Assembly: GCF_009914755.1 (NCBI RefSeq)
Contig: NC_060930.1
Length of the DNA stretch: 64,000 bases
From: the human T2T-CHM13v2.0 reference genome, Homo sapiens
Strand: one strand, 5' to 3'
The translations under genes were made by a program, and so were the position numbers. Within the stretch, counting starts at the first letter, position 1. Every line of letters starts with the position of its first letter. The notes under the pieces are model-generated. The model was not told the DNA's origin, searched no databases, and saw only the letters and a list, made by a program, of their open reading frames with translations. Positions 40,941 to 62,913 of the stretch are shown piece after piece.

Positions 40941-41461
40941 GTGTCAAAGATAAACAAAGCTAAATACTAGTTAAAGTGGTAAAGACAGATTTTAATCAGT
41001 AATATACTATTGCAATAGGAATAACAGTACAGTGTGAATTGAACTGAACTTTGATTTGTCCAGAGGTGACTGGGTAATTTAAATGGAGAATAAGGAAATA
41101 GGGAGTGAGTGAGCAGGGGGTCAGTAGAATGTGGGAAGTGGAGAAACTTACAAAAAGCAGGAAAGGGAGGTTGTCCACGTGAAATTCATCTGGGTTTTCT
41201 AACTGGTGCTTACTGAAGTTAGGTCCCTACCCTCCCACAATGACTGGTGGACAGAGGCCCTATCTTCAGGTGTTGACTGGAACAAACAGTAGATTTTTCG
41301 CAAATCTTGAGTTTTCTCAGCAGGCACTTTAAGGAAAGCTGGAGCTGTTAGAAGCTATGTTAGTGTTTGTTCAAGTCTTTATAGGTCAAAGTTGGGCCTT
41401 AGTCAAGAGGAAGGCTCAAAGGATCCTGGCTCAAGTTTGAGCAAGAAGAGAATCCATGCCA
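40941..41461 (-). mobile_element. ERV1 solo LTR, MER67/MER31 family
   Basis: tgtcaaagataaacaaagc...ctgttagaagctatgttagtgtttgttcaagtctttatagg. Confidence 0.6.
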
Positions 41462-42199
41462 CAGTGGGTTATGAAAATCAAGAACAACTGGGAAAATATC
41501 CACTGTGGTCTCAATAGAAGATCCTGATAAAAGGAAAGGAACATTACAAGGAAACGAGTTAAGGAATACTTTTAAATACTCTGCCCACTGACAAGGCTGC
41601 TAAATTCCATCCACCAAAAACTAGGTGCACCTTCCATACTATATGCTGCTAAAATCTAAACAAAAAACTATGTACCTTATACATATGTGGTCTCTCAGGA
41701 TAAACAAAAATTGATGTTGTACATTGAATTTTTGTTTAAATATCTTGTACATTAAATTAACTGGCTCCTAATGAAGCATAGAAGTAGTGATTCAGATTGA
41801 CTTGTCATTTAATACATTGTTTCCTTAGAATGAAAAAAAGAGACTGTTTCTTCCAAATATTTAGCTTTATCATTTAAAAATAGTTAAATAATAGTTCATT
41901 AGCCTTTATTATTTGCACTTTGTAAATGTAGTAGGTTCCCTTTTGATTTTCTGCCTCTATTTGAAATTGGTCATTTGACTTATTTACTTGGTATTCTGGT
42001 TGGCTGTTATTTATGACTAGTGACATAGTGACCCTCTTTTCTCATACGATGTTCATCGTTAACTCTTTCCATGGTCCAAAAGGCCAAAAGAGGAGGTAGA
42101 TAAGTATGGGATAAACTTCAAGGCTTAATGTACTTTTTAATGAAAACATAAGGATAAAAGAAGTAGATAATGTGTGATATTGTGGTTTGTAGGAAATGA

Positions 42200-43740
42200 G
42201 TGTTTTTTAAAAAATTAAGATATAATTTAAAGACAGTGAAATAAAGAGATCTTAGGTGTGTAGTTAAACCAGTGTTAACAAATGCACATGTCCATACAGC
42301 TCACACCCCTCTCAAGATACGGATGTATTTCATCAACTAAGAAGTTCTCTCACGCCCTTCCCAGTCAATCCCTGTCACTTCTGGAAGCCACCACTGTTCT
42401 GATTTCATCATGATGTTTTTTTTCTGCTATAGAACTTCATATATCTGAAATCACACAGTATTACTGTTATGTATCTGACTTTTTTCACTCAGTATAAAAT
42501 TTCGGAGATTCATTCAGATTTTTACATGTATCAGTAGTTTGTCTCTTTTCATTATTGAATAGTATTGCATTGTATGAAAATACCACAGTTTATTCTATTC
42601 ATGGACACCTGGGCTGTTTCCAGTCTTTGGCTCTGATGAGTAAGACTGCTATGAGCGTTCTCATGCAGAGCTTATTTGGACAAATGTTTTCATTTCTTTT
42701 GAAATGAATGAATGTTTTCATTTCTTTTGAAATGAATGAATGTTTTCATTTCTTCGGAAACTAGGATTAGAATTGTTGGGTCATAGGACAGATATACCTT
42801 TAACTCTTTAAGAATGTGCCAAACAGTTTACATTTCCACCAGTAATGGCAAAATTTCTGTTTGCTCCACATCCTCCTGAACATTGGTGTTTTTAATCTTT
42901 TATGTTTTAACCGTTCTAGTGAGTTTGCAATGACATCTTACTGCAGTTTTAATTTACCTTTCCCCAGTGACTAATACTCTTAAGCACTTTTCCATGTGCT
43001 CACTGGTTTTCATGTATCTTCTTTTGTGAAGTGCCCTTTCAAATATTTGCTCATTTAAAAGCTGAGCTGTCTTTTTATTGCTGCATTATAGGGGTTCTTT
43101 ATATATTCCAGTCAAAAGTCCTTTGTCAGATTTATATGTTGTAAATACTTTCTCCTGAACTTTGACTTGTCTATTAATCTTAATAGTGTCTTTTGATGAA
43201 TAAAAGTTTTAAATTTTGATGAAGTCACAATTTATTATTTCCCTTTATGGTTAATACTTGCATCCTCTCTAAAGAAACCATTGCCTACACAAGGTTGTGA
43301 AGATTTTTAAAATATTATCTTCTAGAAGCTTTATAGTTTTAGCTCTTATATTTACGTTTATGATACATCCAGAATTAATTTTTGCATGTGGCTTAATATA
43401 GAGGTAAAGTTCTCCCCCCGACCGCCACCAGGGCCCTAATTTTGATACTTATTTCAGTACCATATATTGAAAAGATTTTCCTTTCTCCATTGAGTGTCTT
43501 AATATCTTTTTAAAAATCATTCGACTCCGGCATACGTGTAGCTCTACATCTAGGCTCTATTCTGTCCTATTGAATGTACTGTTTATCCCTTTGCCAATAA
43601 TATACTAACTGTAGCTTTGTGGTAAGTCTTAAAGTCAGGTAGTGCAATTCCTTTAACTTGATTTTGTTTTGGCTATTCTAGGTCCTTTGCATTTCTATAT
43701 AACTTTTAGACTCAGTTTATCAATATCTACAAAAAAGCAT
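42200..43740 (-). mobile_element. L1MC/MD 3' fragment
   Basis: Antisense L1M 3'UTR and ORF2-end motifs (ggacacctgggctgtttccag, ggctattctaggtcctttgcatt). Confidence 0.75.
42683..42754. repeat. Perfect 28-bp tandem repeat, 2.6 copies
   Basis: aatgttttcatttcttttgaaatgaatg at 42683, 42711 and a partial copy at 42739. Confidence 0.95.
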
Positions 43741-43925
43741 GAAGTCTTGATAGACTTCAAAGCAACAATTCACCCTCCTTGGAAATATTTAAAGATGTCT
43801 ATATTAAGCTGTTGGGAAAACAGATGGGGAAAAGATTGTGGAAGTACAGAATGAAGCAGCTGATGAGCACTGAACTTCTTTTAGGGGATGAGAGTGTTTT
43901 GTGGGCTCAATCTCCCAGTTCCTGC

Positions 43926-50113
<6,188 letters not shown>

Positions 50114-50419
50114 GAATAATTATTTTTTTTAATTTCAGGACTCTTAATATCAGCCATCCAAGATAATGTCTGTAAAGGACTACCTGTCTTCCTTTGCAAA
50201 CACAAAGTTCTGCTGTCTGATCTCATTCTTGAAACATTTGTCTCAGGAGATGTCCCTTTGTTAAACTATCCCTGGTGAATACAGATAGGCAAATCACACT
50301 GAATTCTTCTTCCTTCTAGTACACATCAGTTTTGGTACAAATGAAATCAGATTAAAATGAATATCAAGGAGAACATTAAAAGTGGGGAGAACAGAAGATT
50401 TAAAATGAAGATCAAAAAC

Positions 50420-52630
50420 AACTGATGGTCTTTTATCCTCAGTCTTTATACTTTTTCTGGGCAAACTAATTCATGTTCACGGCTTCAATACCATTCAATA
50501 TTGACAACTCCCATCTCTCAGACTAGCTGTTTCTCAGATATCTCAGATTAAACATGTTCAAAACAGAGCTCACTGTTTTGTCCCCACTCCCCCAAAATCC
50601 ATCTCTTTCCGTATTTCCATCTCCCCAGCCACCAATGAAAGACACCATTTGATCTCTTCCTCTGCTACAGAGTCTATTGAGTTGATTCCTAAATTCACCT
50701 AGTCTTTTCTCTTTGTCTCCTTTCCTGTTTCTCCTGCATTAATCCAGGGTTTCATCATTCAGTTGCAATACTTTCCTCACTGGCATGCATACTTTGCCCT
50801 AATCCTACCCACCTTCATTCATTCAGAACAAAAATGTGGTGCTTGTTGGATGCCAAGAAGTGGGGCAGGCCCTGGAGATATCAGGAGCACTAAGACACAG
50901 CCCTGGCCCTCAAAGGGCTCCTCATCTAATGCAAAGGGTAGATGTACAAACAAATGACTGGAGAATCAATTGAATTATCATAATTGCAGTGATAGAAATA
51001 TGCCCAGCGTATTATGGAAACATCTGGAAGGACACAGGACCCAGCTTGGGTGATATATATGTATATCTATGTGTGTGTGTTCTGATGAGCAAAGACTTTC
51101 TATAAGGTGGCTGGGCTGGGATTTACGGGAGGAGGAAGGTGTGGGTGAGGTCGTGAAGATTGAGGAGAGGAAGAGAGATCAGAGGGGAAGGACATTACAG
51201 GCTGAGGAACCATTCTATCAAAACCACAAGAGCAAGGAACAACATGATGTGTATGAGGATCTGCAAATATTTTTATATTCTGGCATGTAAAGTGCCTAGT
51301 AGAAGTGGTGAGAGATGAGACTGTGTAAGTAGGCAAAGACCGGATCACAGAGAGCCTTGCGTTAAGAAGTTTATACTTAATCTGGAGAATACAGGAGTTC
51401 CACTGAAGGATCTATGCAAGGAAGTAACACGGACACGTTATCATTTTAGGTAGATTATTCTGGTAATAATGTGGAGGACAGATTTGCAGAAACATCTGCA
51501 AATAGATGTAGAATAAAACCTGAACTAAAATAGAAGTGGGCATGGAGTTGGGAAATATACAGGCAATAAAACCAGCAGGACCTGACAATTGATTCAGTGT
51601 CTTGTTTTGAGGAAGGGAGAGGAGTGAGGGTAACATGGTTTTCTGGGTTGGGTGTGTGGAGGTGCCATCTTAGAGCTAGATAATGTGAGAAGATGTGCAG
51701 ATTTGGTGGAAAAAATGATGAAGTCACTTTTGGATGAGTCTGAAATGGTTGTGGGATGTCCAGCAGGCAGCTGGAAAAAAAAACTATCTGAAAAGGAAGG
51801 GACCTGGCTTCAGATGTCCCTGCCAGCAGTCATTAGTCACCTGCATCTGGCTGTCCCCCTAAGGTGCCAAGTGGTAGCAGATGCAGCCCTGGATGGACAG
51901 GTGCAAAGTGAAAGAAATGCCAGTTCTCTGGAAAGGCTTCTGTGGGTTTAAAGCCTAGCTCCATAATTCTTGCTCTTCAGTCTACTCCTGCAAAAATGAC
52001 AGATCTGTTGGCTAGTTAACAGTGAATTTCGTTGATTCTGGTACCTTGGACTCTAGGAAGACAGTAAGTTAAAAATAGAAAAGATGTCTTAAGACCTTTT
52101 TTCATATAACAGACTTATTTCTGATGCTTTTTGCCCCTGAAACTTGTTTATTAGAATTTATCCAGCCTGTCTGGAGGGTGAATAAAGTAGACCTAAAATA
52201 AAGACAATTTCTCCCTTGATTGAAGGAGGAGATTGGGCAGCACAGAGAGAGGGGAGAGAAGGTGGTGCAGAGAGCCTTCAGGCAGGCCACAGATTCTCAA
52301 TTTGTTTAACCTGGTCTTCATTTGAGGCCATAATTTTTCTTCAGTCTTTTTCTCATTGTCCTGGAGTTCTGTCCTTACAATTTCATTAAACATTCAACTT
52401 TACTGGGACCTTACTATGTGCCTAGTACTGTTGAATGTGCTTGAGATGTAAAAATGACCAAGATACAGCTCTTGTTCTTAAGAAATTCAGCTTGGAATAG
52501 CAGTTCTCAATGCCAGCTGCACTCTAGAATCACCTGGAACTTTAAAAACATCCTAGTGCCTGGGCCCCACGCTAGACCTATTAAATCCAAATCCCTGGAG
52601 TAGAGTTTCAACACTAGAAGTTTTTAAAAA
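50420..52630. mobile_element. L2 fragments in both orientations plus MER5A (about 52495-52630)
   Basis: L2 motifs (aaacatgttcaaaacagagctc, taagacacagccctggccctcaagg); MER5 cagttctcaa...tagaatcacctgg...tgggccccac. Confidence 0.6.
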
Positions 52631-52896
52631 CCTTTTTACTAAAATTCAAGTGTATATAAAGATAAAACAGTATAATGATGGCCTCTCCCCCATGTACATG
52701 TCACCCAGATGAAACAATTATCAAATCATGACCAATCTTATTTCTTTTATAACTTCCCTCCCTCACTCCAACTATTAAATTATTTTATGGAATAAAATAA
52801 TTTAAAAAGTATATAATCTCATTTTTTATTTCTTTGATATATAGCTTTAGAAATTGTTTTCAAAACACAATATCTTGATCATACCTAAAACAATAA

Positions 52897-53257
<361 letters not shown>

Positions 53258-53401
53258 CTTCAATTATCTTATGAAAAGTTTTTGCTGCCGTTTTATTTGA
53301 ATTAGGTCTAAGTAGTATCCATACACTGCATTTCGTTAACACGCCTCTTACATTTCTTTTAATCTAGAGATTCCTCCTTACTCATTTTTCTCTTCTTCAC
53401 A

Positions 53402-54891
<1,490 letters not shown>

Positions 54892-55687
54892 ATTTTCTCC
54901 TCTAAAAAACTTCATATTTCTTAACTGTTCACAGAAAAGGCTTATACAAAATAATCAATTTGGGAGCAATGGCACCTTTAAGCCCAGACTGTAGTCTCTA
55001 AACATTGCTTCTCACCAAAAAAATCCCCAAGCTCCTTGGAGAAATGAACAGTCCAAGTCTGGAGCAGGAAAGGAGATAAGCCTAGAATTTCTCTGTCTTT
55101 CTCGTATGAACTGTACCTCAAGATATACAAGGAGTGGATGAAGAAAAGTTCTTTATAGAAAAATTCTAACTAATAAATGAAAAAGGAATAAAATAATTCG
55201 ATTATAGCCATTTTGTAACTTTTAATGAGATAATGGATCTAAGTAAAATATGTTTAGCTTCATTTGTTTCATCTTACCTATTTTACAATTTTATTCTAAA
55301 AGTAGTAAAAATTTTGGGATCTGCCTTATCTCAGTCTTTAGGATGTTCTTTGCCTGCCTCTAACATTCCTGTATCTTGAGTAGCAAGTGGTCAGGCTGAA
55401 GTGAAAATTCTTTAGTCATCACAAGGAGGTTGTACTGTTATCATGGGTGCCGGTTCAGCCTTCTCGTCAATGAAGCTACCCCTTCCTGGGAAACTCCTGC
55501 CAGGTCATTAATAACAACAAAGGAATTCTATTCCAGGAGGCCTTACTCCCTGGGTCTCTTGCTGCTGAAGACTTTATGGGATTTCCATGAGCAATTAGTG
55601 ATTAACTATCCCAACAGCTGGCCATGTTGCTCCAAGAGGATTTGTCCTGCTACCTAGTTGGACTTTGATCTCTGATCTGTTGATTAC

Positions 55688-56066
55688 TACTTTAATCCAT
55701 TTTGTGCTGCTCTATTAGGATACTGAGACTGGATAACTTATAAAGAACAGAGGTTTATTTCCTTCTTATAGTTGTGGAGGCTGGAATGTCCAAGATAGAG
55801 AAGACTGCAATTGGCCAGGGCCTTCTTGTTGTGTCATCCTATGGTGGAAGGCAGAAAGGTGAGAGGGAGAGAAGGAAGAGGGGAAGGGGAGCTGAATTTA
55901 TTCTTTTATTAGGAACCCTCTCCCACAATAACAATAGTCCGTTCATGAGGGTAGAGCCCTCATGACCCTAATAACCTCTTAAAGCTCCCACCTCTCAACA
56001 CTGTTGCATTGGGGATTAAGTTTCCAAAACACAAACTTTGCAGGGGACACATTCAAACTGTGGCGA
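55688..56066 (-). mobile_element. MaLR solo LTR (MSTD/MLT1A-like)
   Basis: ggaggctggaatgtccaagat...agagccctcatgacc...ggggacacattcaaac. Confidence 0.75.
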
Positions 56067-57964
56067 TTTCCTTCCAGAAACGTATGGTGGCTGCTTGGCC
56101 AGATGCCCAGCTCACTGCACTAGTTGAGTGCAAAAATGGATAAATTGGCTACGTAGAGTTATGTCAGGCTTACTAGCACAAGATCCATGAGAAAACATTC
56201 ATGGACACAGGGTTGGTGTCCCATTGTCCATCCTAGACAGAACTAAACACAAGACATCCTCATCCTTGTGTTGTGAGGCATTTAAGATGAAGTATTGACC
56301 CATCCCCCATGATCACACCTGGGTGCCACAGCAATGTGGGGTGGTATCACCTGGTCTCTGGTCCTATCCTGTCAGATCAGTTTCCAGGTTGGGAGAATCA
56401 CCACCCCCTCTCATAGTGCAATCAGAGGGCTGGCGTCCAAGCCTAACAATTTCAGCTCTTTTATTAGGTAGCATATGAGTGGCAAGATTTTCCATGTGCA
56501 TTTTCAGGACTGAAGGACTTCCAGCCCCAGCACTAGCATCATGGGGGTGAGGGAGATTCTGGAATCTAAGTCAACCAGAATTGATTGTCTTAAGCACAGG
56601 GTCACAGTGGTTTCCAGGGAGCTTCACAAGAGGCCCTTTCCTTTTCTGGGAGACTAGCCTGCACAGGGTTTGTCTTGGGCAAATTAATTCTTTCCTCTCT
56701 GGATACTTGGGTTGTTTCTGGGCATTTACTGTTGGAAATAGCACAGCAATAAATAGCCTTGTGCTCACTTCCCTTGGGAAATGTACCATCGTATCTCTGA
56801 TATTGAGTTCTGGAAGTGGGATTGCTAGGTCAAAAGTCTTGTGCAAATTTTCTAGATATTGCCCAATCCCCTGTGTTGGGGTTGTGCTATTTCATCTGAA
56901 TTTTAAAAAGTTCTCTATGTAAATCCAACATGCAGCCAATATTGAGAAACACTTTTCTAGAATAGGTTTTCAAACATTTCTTATATCACTTGAAAACTAC
57001 TTGGGCTGTTTGGTTTCTTGGTAAATCTCTGATTAGGTCTTCAGTTAAAACGATTCCCTCTAAGGCATGAGCACTGACATTATAGGCCCTTAAACCCTGT
57101 CTGAATTTAACAGTAATGCCCTCCATTCATATAGCAGTTTCACCAATGCCATCTCCTTTCATCTTCACAGAATTTCAATGACATAAAGAAAACTGATCTT
57201 ATTCTCTCCATGTTATGGTTTTGGTGCATAGAGGGGAGCCAATGAACTATACTGCAGAGCTTATTATTCTGGGATGCTTGGACAGGGTTTGGACGGGGAC
57301 CTCTGAGCCCCGTGGAATTATGTACAGTATGCTTGTGAGTATATTGTGGTGGTAGTGGTAACGGGTGGAGGATTTATTCATAGTTTTCATCAGGTTCTCA
57401 CAGGGGGCTATTGTTCAAAACAGGATAAGTGGAAAGAACAAGTGATTTGGAATCAGAACAAAAATTATCCACATATTTTCTGGCTATGTGATTTGTTGTG
57501 AGGGCGACTTGGCAGGGACACATGTTGCCTGGGCTGCTCAGCCAAGTTGATGAAGCTGACTTGGCTTTCACTGGTCTAGGACTTCTACTCCTTGCAAGGG
57601 TTGGGGACAGGTAACCTAAGACCAGGCTGACAAACTCCTGCTCAAGGTCAAAAACAACACAGGCCCTCACTTTGTTGTCTTTTGTAGTGTTGACACATTT
57701 CGAATTTAAATAATTTTAGTGGGATGCACTCTGTAGTTCTCTGGAGGCTCCACTATTCCCTATTGTCTCATGAACCATGATTCACAATTATTATTAGGCC
57801 AATTTCCCCTGTGATTCCTTCTTCCTGGAGAACTCTTCTCTCAGATCTTCTTATAGTTAACATCCATCTCATCATTCAGGTCTCAACTCAAATGTCACCT
57901 CTTCTGAGAAGCTCTCCTTGCTCACCCTAGATAAGTGCCACCCAAAAACCATATCATATGAATC

Positions 57965-58183
57965 ACAAATGTGAGCCACTATGAAGGTTTAAATTTTCTG
58001 GTAGCCACATTAAGAAAAGGCAAAAGGAAACATGAAAAATTGATTTTATTTATCCATTTTATTTAATCCATTATGTCTAAAATGTTATTTCAACACGTAA
58101 TCAATAAAAAAGTTATAATTGGGATATCTTACATTCTTGTTTTTGTATACTAAATCTTGAAAAATCTTCAAAATCCAACACGG

Positions 58184-58217
<34 letters not shown>

Positions 58218-58600
58218 TTGAGATGGAGTTTCACTGTATCACTCAGGCTTGGGTGCAGTGGTGCAATCTCAGCTCACTGCAACCTCCACCTCCTGAGTTC
58301 AAGTAATTCTCCTGTCTCAGCCTCCTGAGTAGCTGGGAATACAGGTGCATGCCAACACACCTGGATAATTTTTGTATTTTTAGTAGAGACAGGGTTTCAC
58401 CATATTTGTCGGGCTGGTCTTGAACTCCTGACCTTAGGTGATCCACCCGCCTTGACCTCCCAAAGTGCTGGGATTACAGGCCACCACGCCTGGCCTCCAA
58501 CGTGTATTTTATGCTTAACAACACATCTTCTCTTGGACCGGCCACATTTCAAATGCTCCATAGACAGATGTAGGTGAATGGCTACCATGCTGGACAACCC
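57965..58600. mobile_element. MER33-type hAT element with inserted AluS (58183-58495, -)
   Basis: aaattttctggtagccacatt...gccacatttcaaatgctc...taccatgctggaca; antisense Alu within. Confidence 0.75.
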
Positions 58601-59989
58601 TCAAGCAAGGCAGCCCCCTTCTCTACTCAGAAGGCCTGTTTGATTGCTTTCAGAGCACTTATCACAATCTAAAGTTATCTTATCTATTTCTTCCTTATGC
58701 ACTTACTGTTTGTCTTCCTTTCTGGAATGTAAACTCCACGAGTGCAAAGAGATTTTATTCCATTCACTGTTGTGTCCCTAGCCATCAATAAATACCTTTT
58801 AGATGGATGAATGAATGAATGCTTAATTGTTGAATAGATAAATGAGTGAATCAACGATTGAAAATGGATGAAATGGACTGATCTCTATAGGTATTTGAAT
58901 ATGTGACCCCTGCCTTAAGCAAACCACTGGACTTTTTGGAGCCTTTACAAAATGGGAGCAATTCCATCAACTTCATAGGGTCACAAGATTTAAACAGTGA
59001 TGTGTATACAATTGTTTCATAAACTGTAAAGTCCTCTGTAAATGGCAGTTATTATTACTAAATTACTTGCCCAAAATATGTAGTTTGTAAGTAGTGTAAG
59101 AGAGGGATTTTGGAATCACATGGGCCTGGCTCTGCCATTAGCCAGTTGCATGACTTGAACACATTGTTTACCCTCTGTGACCGACTAATGCAGAATCTCC
59201 TGGAAGGTGGCCTGGCAAGCTGGATTTTTAACAAACATCCCAAGTAATTCTTATTATCAAGAAAGTTTTGGAAACATGGGATATGAAATTACTGCTCTAC
59301 CAGGGCTGTCTGTGATCGCAGTTAAGATGTGGTTATCCTGTCAAGGTTAACTCCTCTTCAACTGAATGTACAGCTTCAGAAAGATGATGAGTGGTGATGA
59401 GAAAGATGATAGCACCTCATCAGCCAGATGGGCAGTATCAATTCTGGTGATCAATGGAATGACAGATGCTGCTGTCAAATCACACTCCTTCCCTCACCTG
59501 AAGGCTGATGTCAGCTTTAGCATCAATAAACTGGGTTGCCATGTGTTTTTCTGGTCAGAAATGAAAATCAAGACAAAGGACCTTAGGAAGAGAGGAACAG
59601 AATAACTCGGTCATCTAAAAGAGGGATCCTACCCCAGCGGCTACTGAGAAGGCACTGACTGGCTACCTATTGACAGGCCCCCAGGCAGAAAGTCGGGGAC
59701 CCCAGTGAGGGTCAAGCACATTGTACCAGCCCTTTTGAACTCCTGGCCTCAAGCAATCCTCCCACCTCAGCCTCCCAAGTAGTTGGGATTACAGGTATGA
59801 GCCACCATGTCCGGTGGAATTAGATACTCTTACGCTTTGCTAATATGAGTGTAAACTAGTCCTTATCCTTCAATGGGATGGGAAGGTATGCAATATGGTG
59901 ATAGACATAGAAATTACAGATATATGTGTCCTTGAATCTAGTAATTCCATTTCTATTATACAGTATGTTAACATATAGGAAAATACCCT

Positions 59990-60410
59990 GAATGCATACA
60001 TACACAGGAATATTACTCAACTTTGAAAAGGAATGAAATTTTGATACATAGTACAACATGGATAAATTTTGACTGAGTGAAATAAGCTATAAATGGTTTA
60101 TAAATAAGTGACTAAGTGTAATAAGCCAACACAAACAAAAATATTGTATTCTCTCACTTATATGAAGTATCTAGAGTAGTTAAATTCATAGAGGCAGAAA
60201 GTAGGATTCTCACTGCGAGGAGCTGTAGGGAGGAAAAATGGGGAGGTATTGTATAATTGGCATACACTTTCATCTTGGGGTGAAAAAGAGTCTGAAGATG
60301 GATGGGGTGGTGGTTGCATGACAATGTGAATGTACTTAACCACTGAATGCACACTTAAACATGATTAAAATGCACATTTTATTATATATATATTTTACCA
60401 CGATAAAAGC
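59990..60410 (+). mobile_element. L1MB 3'UTR fragment
   Basis: aaaaggaatgaaattttgataca...aaattcatagaggcagaaagtag...cactgaatgcacactt. Confidence 0.75.
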
Positions 60411-61599
60411 AATCACATGTGCAAGTTTATTCATTACAGTGCTATTCATAATGACGAGATTGGAAACAACCTCAATATCTATCAGCAGAGGACTGGTTAC
60501 ATGTCAATCATAGTATGTCCATACAATACAATTCTATGCAGCTGGGAGAAAAGGGAAATTTTTTATACATTGACATGTATGTTGGATATTGTTGTTTTCC
60601 CCTCCAAATTCACTGTTTGCCATCTCTGCCTTATTTTGTTTGCTAGAAGGCTACCCACTAACGAATGAATCAACTGGGCTCCATTTTCCTCTGCCTTCCA
60701 TTGGTAAGGCAGGGAGTTCCCTGGCTCTTTCTCGCCTAAGCCTCAGACTGGTGCTGGCTTTGTTTCTTTCCCAAAGGCCACAGCTCCTATTGGGCAGGGT
60801 TCTGGCAATATCTGCAACCCTACCTCACCTCTTCAAGTCTGGGCTCAATGGTGACATGCAATCACTGAGGTTGATATACTGGAATGTCCTTGGAATACTG
60901 TATAGGTAGCAGACCAAAGCCTTAGGAAGAGAGAAATGCTGAGATAGACTGCATGCAAGCTGCTAAGCCACCTGATACCAGTACATCAGGGAGGTCTGGA
61001 GGTCTTTCATCCTAAGACATTAGGAAATACATTAGTGAAAGGAAAAGAGCACCAGCATCCTTGAAAAGTTCTGTGACTGTTTTCTCTGGGCTGGAATGAA
61101 GGTAGGAGACTCTGCAGTGGAGTTAGTTTCCTGATTTGATTTCAGTGGCAATAATAGAATCCTGGAGTGGTGGAAGCCAGGCGGCAGCAAGACAAGGAGA
61201 GTGCATTTCTCTAATAAGCCACAAGGACTCCTGAGTAGAAATAAGAAGTTTTGACCTGCAGGAATCTGTGAAGGTGGCCTATTGATCATGGGGTCCTTAG
61301 AAATAAGAAATAGGCAGATTTTTAAGGTACTGCTTGATCTGATAAGTAGGAAAAACTCTAGGAAAGGTAGGCAAAAATCTGACCTGGTCTCTTGTGCATT
61401 TCCCAGATCTAAGACAGTACATTGGCTTGGGAGCCCCTTGATTGAGGAGGAGGAAGGGCCTATTGAGGAAGGACTCTGCAATGGGACAACAAACCTTCCG
61501 TAGAGGAACTTAAAATCCTTTACCAGGGTGACTATACAATGGAAAAAGTTTATACCCATACTCTCCTGGAATTACTAGATATTGGCTCTAAAGTTACGT

Positions 61600-61770
61600 T
61601 AGCTGTGTGCAGTACCTCATGCATGTAATCCCAGGACTTTGGTAGGCCGAGGCTAGAGGACTACCTGAGCACAGGAGTTTGAGGTTACAGTGAGCTATGC
61701 TCATGCCACTGCACTCCAGCTGGGACAACAGAGTGAAATCCTCTCACAAATAAATAAAAAATTTAAAAAA
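61600..61770 (+). mobile_element. Alu monomer (left/right hybrid)
   Basis: tgtaatcccaggactttgg...gccactgcactccagc plus A-rich tail. Confidence 0.75.
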
Positions 61771-62744
61771 AATGATGTTAAGGTCTAGAGACCCAAATAC
61801 TGTTATTGTCCACCTGCAAATAAAGGATGTATGGAAGTTGGGTGATAGATGAAGTCTTGTTTTAAGTCCATCATAGAGCGGGTCTAGTAAGATCCCTGTG
61901 CTAGTTTCTCTTGTCTCAGATTGTAGAGTGGTAACAGGTATACTCAGTAAATCAATGAACCCCTATAACGGCTCCCTGACCCATGGAGGGATGCTATTAT
62001 GTTGGATGGGTTAAATACAAGCTCCTGGAACTGCCCCCATCCTGACCTCCAAGCCAAGATAGGAAACCAAAATCAACACCATACTCCTGGGGGAATTACA
62101 AAGATCAATGACTCAATCAAAGACAAAAAAATATGTAGTGGGTGATTTCTATCATGTCCTCCTTTAACTCATCTGTTTGGATAACGTGACAGCCACAAGA
62201 TTTGGAGAATGACTGTAGATTATTTCAAATCTATTCAGGAGGTAATGCCATCTCAGCTGACAGTCTGGATGTAGCAAATTTACTGGCTCCAGTTAGCATT
62301 GCCTCTCCTCACCCATGACCAGTATTCTGTTATTTATTTATGACTGGATTCCAGGTCTGGTTGCTACATGTTGGATTGCTCCAGATCTTGTTGCTCCACA
62401 TTGGAAGGTTCTCAGTCGTGTTCACCAAGCATCAGTAGGAATAGTAGAGGTAAGTAGGTGCTGAGGCCTTCTGAATCACACCATTGCTACCCTTTGGCTG
62501 GTTGTTTTCCTGACACCTCTTAGATTTCATTCTCTGGTTCTGGAACCAGGTCTTAACCTGTTTGTAGCTAAGGCTCAGGATATTGGAAAGTTCTTGCATC
62601 TGCTGGAGGCTGAGATATTTCTGTTATTATTGGGAAAGAGGAGGAAAACTGGACTATTAAAGACTGACTCCCTGAGCGTGTTATGGAGCACAGCACTTGC
62701 CCTCAGCCTTGGACTGCCAGCTCCAGACATTTACAGAGAGAAAT

Positions 62745-62913
62745 AGCCTGTAATCGCAGCACTTTAGGAGGCCAAAGTGGGCAGATCACTTGAGCTCAGG
62801 AGTTCAAGACCAGCCTGGGCAATATGGCGAGACCCCGTCTCTACAAAAAAAATACAAAAATTAGCCATGTATGGTGGCACTTGCCTGTAGTCCCAGCTAC
62901 TCAGAAAGATGAG
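62745..62913 (+). mobile_element. Alu fragment truncated at both ends
   Basis: Starts gcctgtaatc, stops after tcccagctactcag. Confidence 0.85.
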
